Below the pieces are notes generated by a model that saw only the letters and a list, made by a program, of their open reading frames with translations, did no database searches and was not told where the DNA came from. A stretch of DNA of 63,365 bases from a virus (Duplodnaviria; Caudoviricetes): positions 1 to 63,365 of the IMG/VR virus record IMGVR_UViG_3300031566_000026; one strand, written 5' to 3'. Shown one piece after another: positions 1 through 6,974 of the stretch; the first letter of the stretch is position 1, and each line of letters begins with the position of its first letter. Both the position numbers and the translations under genes were made by a program.

Positions 1-132
1 GCCGCTCGGCCGTCGCCGGTGAGCGACGTTACGCCGAGGGCAGGGGGGCGGGGCAGGGCGGCCTCAGCCTTTTCCGCCATTGAGGCCGGTCAGGGCGGGA
101 CACCACCCCCACCTTCACCCGGCAGTGCTAAG

Positions 133-206
133 CAGGATCGACGGGACTTGAACCCGCGACCTCCGGAGTGACAGTCCGGCGCTCTAGCCATCTGAGCTAC
201 GACCCT
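133..206 (-). tRNA. tRNA-Asp(GTC)
   Basis: Hand-folded cloverleaf: acceptor AGGGTCG/CGATCCT, anticodon arm CCGGA-CTGTCAC-TCCGG, T-loop TTCAAGT; no encoded CCA. Confidence 0.95.
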
Positions 207-214
207 ATGGGAGC

Positions 215-305
215 TGGCCCCCCGCCCGAGGTGTTGAACCCTGGCGCCCCGGAGTGTCAACCCGGGATACTGGCGAGGCTGTGGTCTTCCAATGCCACGC
301 GGGGG
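215..305 (-). tRNA. atypical tRNA-like element, Val(GAC) anticodon arm, encoded CCA
   Basis: CCGGG-TTGACAC-TCCGG arm, T-arm CAGGG-TTCAACA-CCTCG, 3' GGCGGGGGG-CCA; D region irregular with two possible 5' acceptor strands. Confidence 0.55.
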
Positions 306-310
306 ATTGA

Positions 311-383
311 AGTGCGAGACGGGCATCGAACCCGCGACCTTCAGCTTGGAAGGCTGACGCTCTGCCGATTGAGCTACTCGCAC
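311..383 (-). tRNA. tRNA-Gly(TCC)
   Basis: Acceptor GTGCGAG/CTCGCAC, loop CTTCCAA, U discriminator. Confidence 0.95.
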
Positions 384-389
384 ACGGTA

Positions 390-461
390 CGGATCGGGTG
401 GGACTCGAACCCACGCATGCTTGATTAACAGTCAAGAGTTCTGCCGCTGAACTACCGATCC
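390..461 (-). tRNA. tRNA-Asn(GTT)
   Basis: Acceptor GGATCGG/CCGATCC, loop CTGTTAA. Confidence 0.95.
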
Positions 462-464
462 AAA

Positions 465-545
465 TGCACCGGGAAGGAGTCGAACCTCCACAGCCGAAGC
501 GGCGCGTTTACAGCGCGTTGTTCTCGCCACATGATCAGCCGGTGC
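465..545 (-). tRNA. tRNA-Tyr(GTA)
   Basis: Acceptor GCACCGG/CCGGTGC, loop CTGTAAA, long variable arm with TTCG loop. Confidence 0.9.
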
Positions 546-550
546 ATGTA

Positions 551-623
551 AGCTACGGGCGGGAATCGAACCCGCGACCTTCGCCTTACCATGGCGACGC
601 TCTGCCTGCTGAGCTACCGCAGC
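551..623 (-). tRNA. tRNA-Thr(GGT)
   Basis: Acceptor GCTGCGG/CCGTAGC, loop ATGGTAA. Confidence 0.95.
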
Positions 624-626
624 AAG

Positions 627-700
627 TCTGGACGGCGGGATTCGGACCCGCGACCCCCGCCACCCCAAGGCGGTGCGCTACCGGGCTGCGCCACGTCCAG
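627..700 (-). tRNA. tRNA-Pro(GGG)
   Basis: Acceptor CTGGACG/CGTCCAG, loop TTGGGGT, T-loop TCCGAAT. Confidence 0.92.
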
Positions 701-707
701 TCAAGAG

Positions 708-780
708 TGCCCCGAGCGCGACTCGAACGCGCGGCTTCTGGCTTCGGGGGCCAGCACTCTGTCCGCTGAGCTATCGGGGC
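708..780 (-). tRNA. tRNA-Arg(CCG)
   Basis: Acceptor GCCCCGA/TCGGGGC, loop CCCCGAA (C33). Confidence 0.9.
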
Positions 781-783
781 AAA

Positions 784-857
784 CGGGACCGGAAGGAATC
801 GAACCCTCGACATCTCGCTCTGGAGGCGAGCGCTCTACCTAACTGAGCTACGGGCCC
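784..857 (-). tRNA. tRNA-Trp(CCA)
   Basis: Acceptor GGGCCCG/CGGTCCC, loop CTCCAGA. Confidence 0.93.
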
Positions 858-863
858 ATGAAG

Positions 864-937
864 TGGTCGGGGACGGAATCGGACCGCCGACGCGCGGCTC
901 TTCGGGCCGCCGCTCTACCGGGCTGAGCTACCCGACC
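864..937 (-). tRNA. tRNA-Phe(GAA)
   Basis: Acceptor GGTCGGG/CCCGACC, loop CCGAAGA (C33), T-loop TCCGATT. Confidence 0.9.
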
Positions 938-942
938 TTGTA

Positions 943-1014
943 CGCCCCCACGGGGAGTTGAACCCTCGTCCCGCAGCTTGAAAGACTGCTGTCCTGCCGT
1001 TAGACGATGGGGGC
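943..1014 (-). tRNA. tRNA-Glu(TTC)
   Basis: Acceptor GCCCCCA/TGGGGGC, Glu-type D arm TCGTCTAACGGCAGGAC, loop CTTTCAA. Confidence 0.92.
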
Positions 1015-1021
1015 CGTGCGA

Positions 1022-1095
1022 TACCTCCAAGCGGATTCGAACCGCTGTCCTCACCTTGAGAGGGTGAAATCCTGTTCCGATTAGACGATGGAGGC
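1022..1095 (-). tRNA. tRNA-Glu(CTC)
   Basis: Acceptor GCCTCCA/TGGAGGT, loop CTCTCAA. Confidence 0.93.
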
Positions 1096-1193
1096 GTTGC
1101 GGGGTCGGGCCGCCGCGGTCTCACCCCTGGCCGGCGGCCCGTCCCCTTCTTCCCTCAAGACCTGAGCTGTCAATCAACGGCCCCTCAAACGTC

Positions 1194-1233
1194 AAGCGCC
1201 CCGCCTCCTGCTGCTTCCGGGGGCGGGGCGCTT
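1194..1233. terminator. strong GC hairpin, terminator-like or processing signal
   Basis: AAGCGCCCCGCCTCC ... GGGGGCGGGGCGCTT 15-bp stem; no clean U-tract. Confidence 0.45.
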
Positions 1234-1246
1234 CGTTCGCGCTTCC

Positions 1247-2025
1247 TGGTGCGGGTCCTCTCAGATCCCGCCCCCTCGGTCGCCCCGCTTACCCGTCAGT
1301 CGCTCGGCTCGCGCTTCATGCCGCCCGGCGTTCGGGTTGCGGGGCCACCGCATCGGTGTGATGACGCACGATGCGTCGGTCGTCGGCTGCCGATAATCGG
1401 CGCCCGCTGGCCTGGCGAATCGGGTTGAACTTCTCGCGTTCATCGTTGCCCCTTGGTGCGGCGTTTCCTGCATGAGCCTTCATGATACGTTGCGCCTGCT
1501 CGAATGTAAAGGATCATCGCGAAAGTCGTTCGCGCGCCACGTTTTTCTTTTCCTTCTTCTGGGCATGCGGATACCGTTTAACCGTCGTGATGGACCAACA
1601 ACGCCGCTGACTGTAGATTGCCGAGAAGGAGGCGTCGTCCCGGCCGCCACTGGTCGCTGCCAGCTCCCGGGCATGGACAAGCCCGCCTAAGCATGACCTC
1701 CCGGTCGGCTGGGAGGCTCTACGGCGGCCCCCTGTAAAGGAAAAACCGGCGTCAACGACGGACCACGTCGCTCGGCAGCGTTGCGTGGATTTGGTGAGGC
1801 GCCGTTCCTTACGTCATCCCGTTGGATGCGGTCCCCTGGGCGGGGTTCCCCCGATAACGGTGTCAGAACTCGGGTCATGGGCAAAGCGAAGGCCCCCGAA
1901 CCATGCGCTCCAGGCTCCGTCAGGGGCCTCCCCGGCAGGGCCGGGACATGATACAGGGGCCTACACCAAAGTCTTCTAAATCTGACGGATTAAGAAGCAC
2001 TCTGAGCCGTGGCCCAGGGTTGGCA
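1247..2025 (-). ncRNA. candidate large structured ncRNA (about 780 nt)
   Basis: No convincing ORF; upstream promoter; more than ten hairpins, a possible pseudoknot and a 3' stem ending in ACCA. Confidence 0.45.
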
Positions 2026-2030
2026 CCTAT

Positions 2031-2059
2031 ACGTTAAGGGTTTCTCCCCGGCGCGTAAA
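2031..2059 (-). promoter_or_regulatory. sigma70-like promoter
   Basis: TTTACG-N17-TAACGT; same CTTTACGC -35 as the promoter at 33167-33195. Confidence 0.55.
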
Positions 2060-2068
2060 GTCCCCTGC

Positions 2069-2734
2069 CTACGGCCTGGGACAGAACGCGTAGCACAGCA
2101 CGCCGCCGATCGCCGCCGGCGGCAGGGCCCGCAGCACCTTCATCCCCAGTGTGGGCTTCGCCGCCCTTCGCCATGCGTCCGTCGCCCGGACCTGGGCGGC
2201 CAGGGCCTCGTTCAGCCTGGCCACCTGCGCCGTGCTCGCCGTCCATCCGCTGTCGGCCTGGGCCCACAACCCCCGCCACGAGTCACGCTCGGCCTTCAGG
2301 GGCGCGAGGAGGGCCGTGGCCGCCCCTACCTCCCGGATCGCCGCTGCCAGGGCTCCACGGGCCGCCTCGTAGGTCTGGCGCGGCACCACCGTGGCGGTGT
2401 CGGCGAGCAGCCGTTCCAGGGAATCGGACCGAGCCGTCAGCACCACCCGCTCCGCGCGTCGGGCTTGGGCCTCGGCTGCCAACCGGCCCTCAGTGGCAGT
2501 CAGCGCCGCAGTCTGCGCCATGCTGGCCACCCGCTCGGCCAGGTAGGTCATCCGCATCTCGGCTATCACCGCCGAGTCCAATCGTACCGCTATGCGGAGA
2601 TCGTTCGCCACACGCTCGGCCTCCTCGGCCCGCCCGCGCTGCTTGGCGTTGCGCGAGTCTGCCACGAAGGCGCCGGCCAGGAACCCGCCCACCGCGCACG
2701 CCACCAGCACCCACCAGGGGACCGTGATCTTCAT
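2069..2734 (-). CDS. spanin-like membrane/coiled-coil protein
   Basis: N-terminal TM (WWVLVACAVGGFLAGAFV), Ala/Arg-rich helical body, hydrophobic C-terminus; downstream of the lysis genes. Confidence 0.55.
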   Translation of the reverse strand: MKITVPWWVLVACAVGGFLAGAFVADSRNAKQRGRAEEAERVANDLRIAVRLDSAVIAEMRMTYLAERVASMAQTAALTATEGRLAAEAQARRAERVVLTARSDSLERLLADTATVVPRQTYEAARGALAAAIREVGAATALLAPLKAERDSWRGLWAQADSGWTASTAQVARLNEALAAQVRATDAWRRAAKPTLGMKVLRALPPAAIGGVLCYAFCPRP

Positions 2735-2738
2735 GCGG

Positions 2739-3818
2739 TTACCAACCCTCCGCCTTCCGGTCGAGCAAGAACACCGGGGCATACGTACTGATACCGTGCT
2801 CGGGACTGTTGAGCCACAACGATGCCACCGGCTCTTCGAAGGGCAGGTTGCAGGCGTAGGCGAACTCGTTGTACCCGATTGTGCTACCGCCCACGATCAG
2901 CCCGTGCAGGAAGTAGCTTTGGTGGAAGTGTCCCATGACCAGCACGTCCCACGGCTGCGCGGTCGCGGTGTCCCTACCACGCTTCCTGTGCGAGCCCAGC
3001 ATGAGCGGGGTGAGGAAGCCTGAGATACCAGAGCCCCCGTGGAACTGGTCCCCGTGCGTCAGGCAGTACCGCGTCCCGTAGACCGGGAAATGCAGGTCCG
3101 CCCCCGTGGCAACCTGCATCGTCACGCGCGCATCGTCCCGTAGTTCTCGGGCGACCAGCTGGTAGACCAGGCCATCGAAGCTGTCCCGCGCCTTGCCCTT
3201 GGCCCTCGGCTTCTTCGTCGTGCGCCCGTGGTTGCCCACCACCGCACCGACATGGATCTTCCCGAAGTAGTCGGCGAGCAGGCGGATCAGTGCGATGACC
3301 GGATCGAGCACGCCTATCACGCTCTCCGTCACATACTCCGTGTTCGTCTCCCGGAGTTCGTCGTGGATTTCGCCGCCGAGCAAGTCGCCGCCGAGCATGA
3401 GGTTGAAGCCATCGTACTCCACGCCGGTCAGGTAGTCGCGCGCCAGCTTGATCGCGCCATCGCCCGCCCGGTGGATGCGCTGCTCCGCGATCTTCGTATC
3501 GTAGCAGTTGACCCCGCCGATCTCCTCGGGCCGCACGCGCTCGCCCCAATGCACGTCGGTCAAGATCATGCTCGGGATGACCTTGTGGGCCCCACGCTTG
3601 CGCTTGGGCGGAACCAGCCACTTCGGGGGAGACAGGGCTGCGGCATCCAGCGCCTCGAATACCCCCAGGCGCCGACGTACCTCCGTCAACTCCTCCTCGC
3701 GGGCATGGAGCGTGACGCGCAGCGTGCGGTTGTCTCTTGCGATCTCCTGGTTCTCCGAAAATCTGGCTTCACCCTGCTCCGCCACGAAGGCGTCCAGTGA
3801 CTTCGCGTCTCCGTTCAT
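2739..3818 (-). CDS. calcineurin-like metallophosphoesterase
   Basis: Motifs TDVHWG, GGDLLGG, GNHGR, THGD, GHFH. Confidence 0.85.
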   Translation of the reverse strand: MNGDAKSLDAFVAEQGEARFSENQEIARDNRTLRVTLHAREEELTEVRRRLGVFEALDAAALSPPKWLVPPKRKRGAHKVIPSMILTDVHWGERVRPEEIGGVNCYDTKIAEQRIHRAGDGAIKLARDYLTGVEYDGFNLMLGGDLLGGEIHDELRETNTEYVTESVIGVLDPVIALIRLLADYFGKIHVGAVVGNHGRTTKKPRAKGKARDSFDGLVYQLVARELRDDARVTMQVATGADLHFPVYGTRYCLTHGDQFHGGSGISGFLTPLMLGSHRKRGRDTATAQPWDVLVMGHFHQSYFLHGLIVGGSTIGYNEFAYACNLPFEEPVASLWLNSPEHGISTYAPVFLLDRKAEGW

Positions 3819-3820
3819 GG

Positions 3821-4066
3821 CTAGTGCCTCCCCGAGTAATGCGCGTCCAGGTCCGCATTGGTGACGGTCGCGCCCACCACCGTGATCAACCACTCAAGTT
3901 GATCAGCGCGCTTGACCTTCCGATCCGTGGCCCGCCGCAACTGGTCCCTGATGTCTTCCGCCAGATGGCACACAGGGCACTCCGCCCTCCGCCTGTCTTG
4001 CATGAAATCTACCAGAGACTTCACCGGCTGCGGTTCCGCCGTGTTTCCTGCTCCAGGCTTCGACAT
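3821..4066 (-). CDS. hypothetical protein (CxxC)
   Basis: CPVCH motif; directly upstream of the phosphoesterase. Confidence 0.65.
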   Translation of the reverse strand: MSKPGAGNTAEPQPVKSLVDFMQDRRRAECPVCHLAEDIRDQLRRATDRKVKRADQLEWLITVVGATVTNADLDAHYSGRH

Positions 4067-4083
4067 AGTCGCGTTCCCCCTTG

Positions 4084-4356
4084 TTAGGTGGTACCGTCCT
4101 TACACAGGACCCGCACCTTGCGTAGCATGGCAGCCATGATCGTGGTGCCATCCCGCGCGTCACCCTCGACGTGTCCGCTAAGAAATATCTCGGAGTGGAT
4201 CGTGAGCGCCCGGGCCGTCCTCTCCCAGACCCAGCCGACCGTACGCACCCGTACAGGTGGGAGGTGCGCGCCCTTCTCGATGCTGTCCCCGGCCGCGTCC
4301 ATCCACTCAACGATGACCAGTTGACCGGGCCGCAAACGTACCGGGACGCGTTTCAT
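4084..4356 (-). CDS. conserved phage hypothetical protein
   Basis: VEWMDA and TVGW motifs seen in small phage proteins. Confidence 0.65.
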   Translation of the reverse strand: MKRVPVRLRPGQLVIVEWMDAAGDSIEKGAHLPPVRVRTVGWVWERTARALTIHSEIFLSGHVEGDARDGTTIMAAMLRKVRVLCKDGTT

Positions 4357-4366
4357 CTCGTTGCCT

Positions 4367-4828
4367 TCACCATGTCTTCTCGCTCCAGCCGAAGTGCGGC
4401 ACCAGCCACGCGGCCACCGTCGCCCCAGCGATCACACCGAGGGCCAGGGCTGGGGAGGGGCCGAAAACGTCCGCGAAGTTGTGGCGCAGGATCAGCCCTA
4501 CCACCACGCCATCGAAGATGCCCGACCCACCGGCCAGGCCCTTCCACGATAGCACGCCCTTCGTGCCGGGCCTCGCCTGCTCGGCCACGTACCGCCGCCA
4601 TTGCGACAGTGTCTTCGCCCGGCGTGGGTCCTTGTCGTCGCGCAGGTCGATCACCCCGGCGATCTCCAGCGGCAGGAAAGCGGCGTACAGCCATGTGTAC
4701 CACGTGAGCGTGAAGGCCCCGCCCATGACGGGTGGCACCACGAACATCCCGGCCAGCCACGCCAGGTGCCACAGCGCCCACGGCCAGAGCCAGAACCCGG
4801 CCAGACTGATCCTCGCCTCGGTTGTCAT
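4367..4828 (-). CDS. multi-pass membrane protein
   Basis: Several hydrophobic segments; ATGA-coupled to the endolysin candidate. Confidence 0.7.
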   Translation of the reverse strand: MTTEARISLAGFWLWPWALWHLAWLAGMFVVPPVMGGAFTLTWYTWLYAAFLPLEIAGVIDLRDDKDPRRAKTLSQWRRYVAEQARPGTKGVLSWKGLAGGSGIFDGVVVGLILRHNFADVFGPSPALALGVIAGATVAAWLVPHFGWSEKTW

Positions 4829-5280
4829 GCGGGCTCCCGGTCAGAAAGGGTGATGCTCAGTTCCTTGCGCTCCGCCGCGTACACGACCAGCGGATACAGC
4901 CGCTCGTAGGCGGGCACCGAGCGCTGGACGGTGAACTCCTCCCCGCCGCTCATCTGCGGAGTCTCGCCCACCAGCACGCAGCCCTCCGTGTCCATGCGCG
5001 TGTTTCCGCAGTGGATCAGGATGTACTCGAAGCCCGGCACGTCGCGGATCCAGAGCATGCCGCGATGCCACTCGCCGAACCGCTTGGAGTAGCGCTGGTG
5101 GAACCCGCCCTCGGTGCGCAGCGTCACCATGTACGTGCCCGCCGGGATGCACGTCTCCCCGGGCACCTTCATGTGGCGCCGGGCGTCCTCCAGCGTCCAG
5201 CACACCGGCTCGCCGTTGAGGTACACCCGGCCCAGCGTGCTCTTCCGCCCGAGCCCCATCCGTTCTACGAATAGCTTCAT
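4825..5280 (-). CDS. putative endolysin, DUF5675-like
   Basis: TLED, CIPAGTY, ILIHCGN, DTEGCVLVG motifs; follows holin-like genes. Confidence 0.8.
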   Translation of the reverse strand: MKLFVERMGLGRKSTLGRVYLNGEPVCWTLEDARRHMKVPGETCIPAGTYMVTLRTEGGFHQRYSKRFGEWHRGMLWIRDVPGFEYILIHCGNTRMDTEGCVLVGETPQMSGGEEFTVQRSVPAYERLYPLVVYAAERKELSITLSDREPA

Positions 5281-5486
5281 GGGTTGTCCTCCAGCCCAGG
5301 GTTGCGGGCTTCACCCCGATTGTCGCGTAGTGCGTTGGTCAGGTGCCCGCCTCCCAACGCGACCATGCAGATTTCGCCGAACACCTTGATCGCCTCGACG
5401 GAGTCCTTCGTCACGGCCAAGTAGAAGCCTGCCCCCATCGCCAAGATGGACAGCACCAACCACCGGGAGGCGAGCCATCTGTTCAC
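5277..5486 (-). CDS. holin-like 2-TM protein
   Basis: 69 aa, two hydrophobic helices, coupled to the endolysin. Confidence 0.65.
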   Translation of the reverse strand: MNRWLASRWLVLSILAMGAGFYLAVTKDSVEAIKVFGEICMVALGGGHLTNALRDNRGEARNPGLEDNP

Positions 5487-5641
5487 AGGAGAGTCGCCAA
5501 AAGAAGGATCACGAACACGCCGATTGCTACGACGCGGAGAAGCCTCTGGTCCCGCTTGTCCTCAAGGACGTGCGCGTTCACCAGCTCCACCAGCACGCCC
5601 ACAATGACAGCAGCGCCAGCGATGACGGTGATCTGGATCAT
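5483..5641 (-). CDS. holin/antiholin-like 2-TM protein, 52 aa (not in ORF track)
   Basis: SD AAGGAG; MIQITVIAGAAVIVGVLVELVNAHVLEDKRDQRLLRVVAIGVFVILLLATLL; stop overlaps the next GTG. Confidence 0.7.
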   Translation of the reverse strand: MIQITVIAGAAVIVGVLVELVNAHVLEDKRDQRLLRVVAIGVFVILLLATLL

Positions 5642-5696
5642 GGTGCAACTCCTTATCTGAGGAACCTCGACAGCACTACGGAGGCGAGCCAGCGGT

Positions 5697-6086
5697 TCAT
5701 GGTAGACGACTCTCCACAGTGTAGCGCCACCTCTCCAGCTCCTGGAGGCGTTGCAAGATCACGAGCTGATTGCCGATGATCGTGTTCACGGTTGTGGTCG
5801 ATGGCATGATCTGTTCCAGCCTCGATGTCCTGTCATCAATCCTGCGCGTCCAGACGAAGCCGCCGATGATCGCGGCAGCTACCAGCGTGCACAGCACCTT
5901 CATCGCGCCGCCCCACAGGCGCTTGCCGTTACCGTTACCGCTGCCGCCCTTCTTGGTGGCCTCCAGAAGTTCCCGAGTCGTCTTCGCCTCTGCCCTTACC
6001 TCTCGCAGCAGTTCCGCGATGGGATCCAGGTCTCCGGCGTGCAGGCGGGTGATCCGTTCACGCTCTGACTCGCCCATTGGAAGCAT
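5697..6086 (-). CDS. single-TM coiled-coil membrane protein
   Basis: VLCTLVAAAIIGGFVW flanked by helical segments. Confidence 0.65.
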   Translation of the reverse strand: MLPMGESERERITRLHAGDLDPIAELLREVRAEAKTTRELLEATKKGGSGNGNGKRLWGGAMKVLCTLVAAAIIGGFVWTRRIDDRTSRLEQIMPSTTTVNTIIGNQLVILQRLQELERWRYTVESRLP

Positions 6087-6277
6087 CCTTCCCTCGACGG
6101 TCGAGGCAGTAGTATGTGCGGATCTCCTGCAAGAGCGCACGCCATTCCACCACCACCTGGACCACGGCGGGCGGAACCTCCCTATCTGGCGGTGTCATTG
6201 GCTTTCTCCGTTCGGGCACCATGGCTCAGACTCCGAAGATCGGGATGGGCAGGTTGAAGACGCGCAGCATGGTCGGG

Positions 6278-6706
6278 TCACTCGGTAGGAGGCTTCAGGT
6301 GGGGCCGCCGCGTCGTGCGACCACCCGTATGCCCGCTCGATCCCTCACCTGCCTTGGGTCCCGAAGGACCCTTCTCGCCCAACTGACTGAACGAGCCCGC
6401 AGGGCCGCTTGCCCCTGGATCACAGGGTCCGGGTCCCATCACACCCGTGGTCCCGGGGGTGCCCACCTCGCCAACCTCTCCCAACTGCCCCACAGGGCAG
6501 CCAGGGCCCGTCTGCTCCACGTAGATCGAGGCCACCGCCGGCTCGACGGGCAGTCTGATCCCCCGAGCAGCCTCGTACGCTGCCGGGTCGCCCTCCACCC
6601 CGTAGAGGGTGCCGTTGTTGAGCAGCTCCGTCAGCTTCTGGGCCGTGGTCAGGTCGGTGACCATCAAGAGCACCCGGCCCTTCAGCTTCACATGGTATAG
6701 GATCAT
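6278..6706 (-). CDS. hypothetical protein with short G-X-Y tract
   Basis: SD GAGGAGG; GQLGEVGEVGTPGTTGVMG tract. Confidence 0.65.
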   Translation of the reverse strand: MILYHVKLKGRVLLMVTDLTTAQKLTELLNNGTLYGVEGDPAAYEAARGIRLPVEPAVASIYVEQTGPGCPVGQLGEVGEVGTPGTTGVMGPGPCDPGASGPAGSFSQLGEKGPSGPKAGEGSSGHTGGRTTRRPHLKPPTE

Positions 6707-6716
6707 GATGCCCTCC

Positions 6717-6965
6717 TCAGATGAGCTTCGCGTACCGCCAGTCCTGCGGGATGCGCTCCTCGAACGTTACGAGCCCAATGTGGCCCGCAGCCGTCAGCAA
6801 GGCCACCGTCTCGGCCCTGCCTTCCTCCGTGAACTCGTGGCCGAGCAGTCCGCGCCGGTCCTTCACGCCCTCGGCCTCGTACAGCACCTCCACCCGCACG
6901 CCCACGAGCGTCTGCCCCTGGTAGGCTGCCGCTACCGCCGCCGGTCCCACGATGTAGAGTCTCAC
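6717..6965 (-). CDS. hypothetical protein downstream of the fibre
   Basis: SD AAGGAGG before GTG. Confidence 0.65.
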   Translation of the reverse strand: MRLYIVGPAAVAAAYQGQTLVGVRVEVLYEAEGVKDRRGLLGHEFTEEGRAETVALLTAAGHIGLVTFEERIPQDWRYAKLI

Positions 6966-6974
6966 GTTTCCTCC

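Noticed and set aside
90-1124. ORF-track proteins over the tRNA array
   Set aside because: Chance frames across tRNA genes
1168-1195. TTGACG/TTGACA boxes as a dedicated tRNA promoter
   Set aside because: No acceptable -10 element at 16-18 nt spacing
1316-1815. Minus-strand frame interrupted by one TGA (possible readthrough gene)
   Set aside because: No credible start or SD and no recognisable motif; long open frames arise by chance at this GC content
1247-2025. Identification as GOLLD, tmRNA or RNase P RNA
   Set aside because: No tmRNA acceptor/T-arm ends, no RNase P GAGGAAAGUCC motif and no GOLLD 3' motifs that I could recognise; left unassigned
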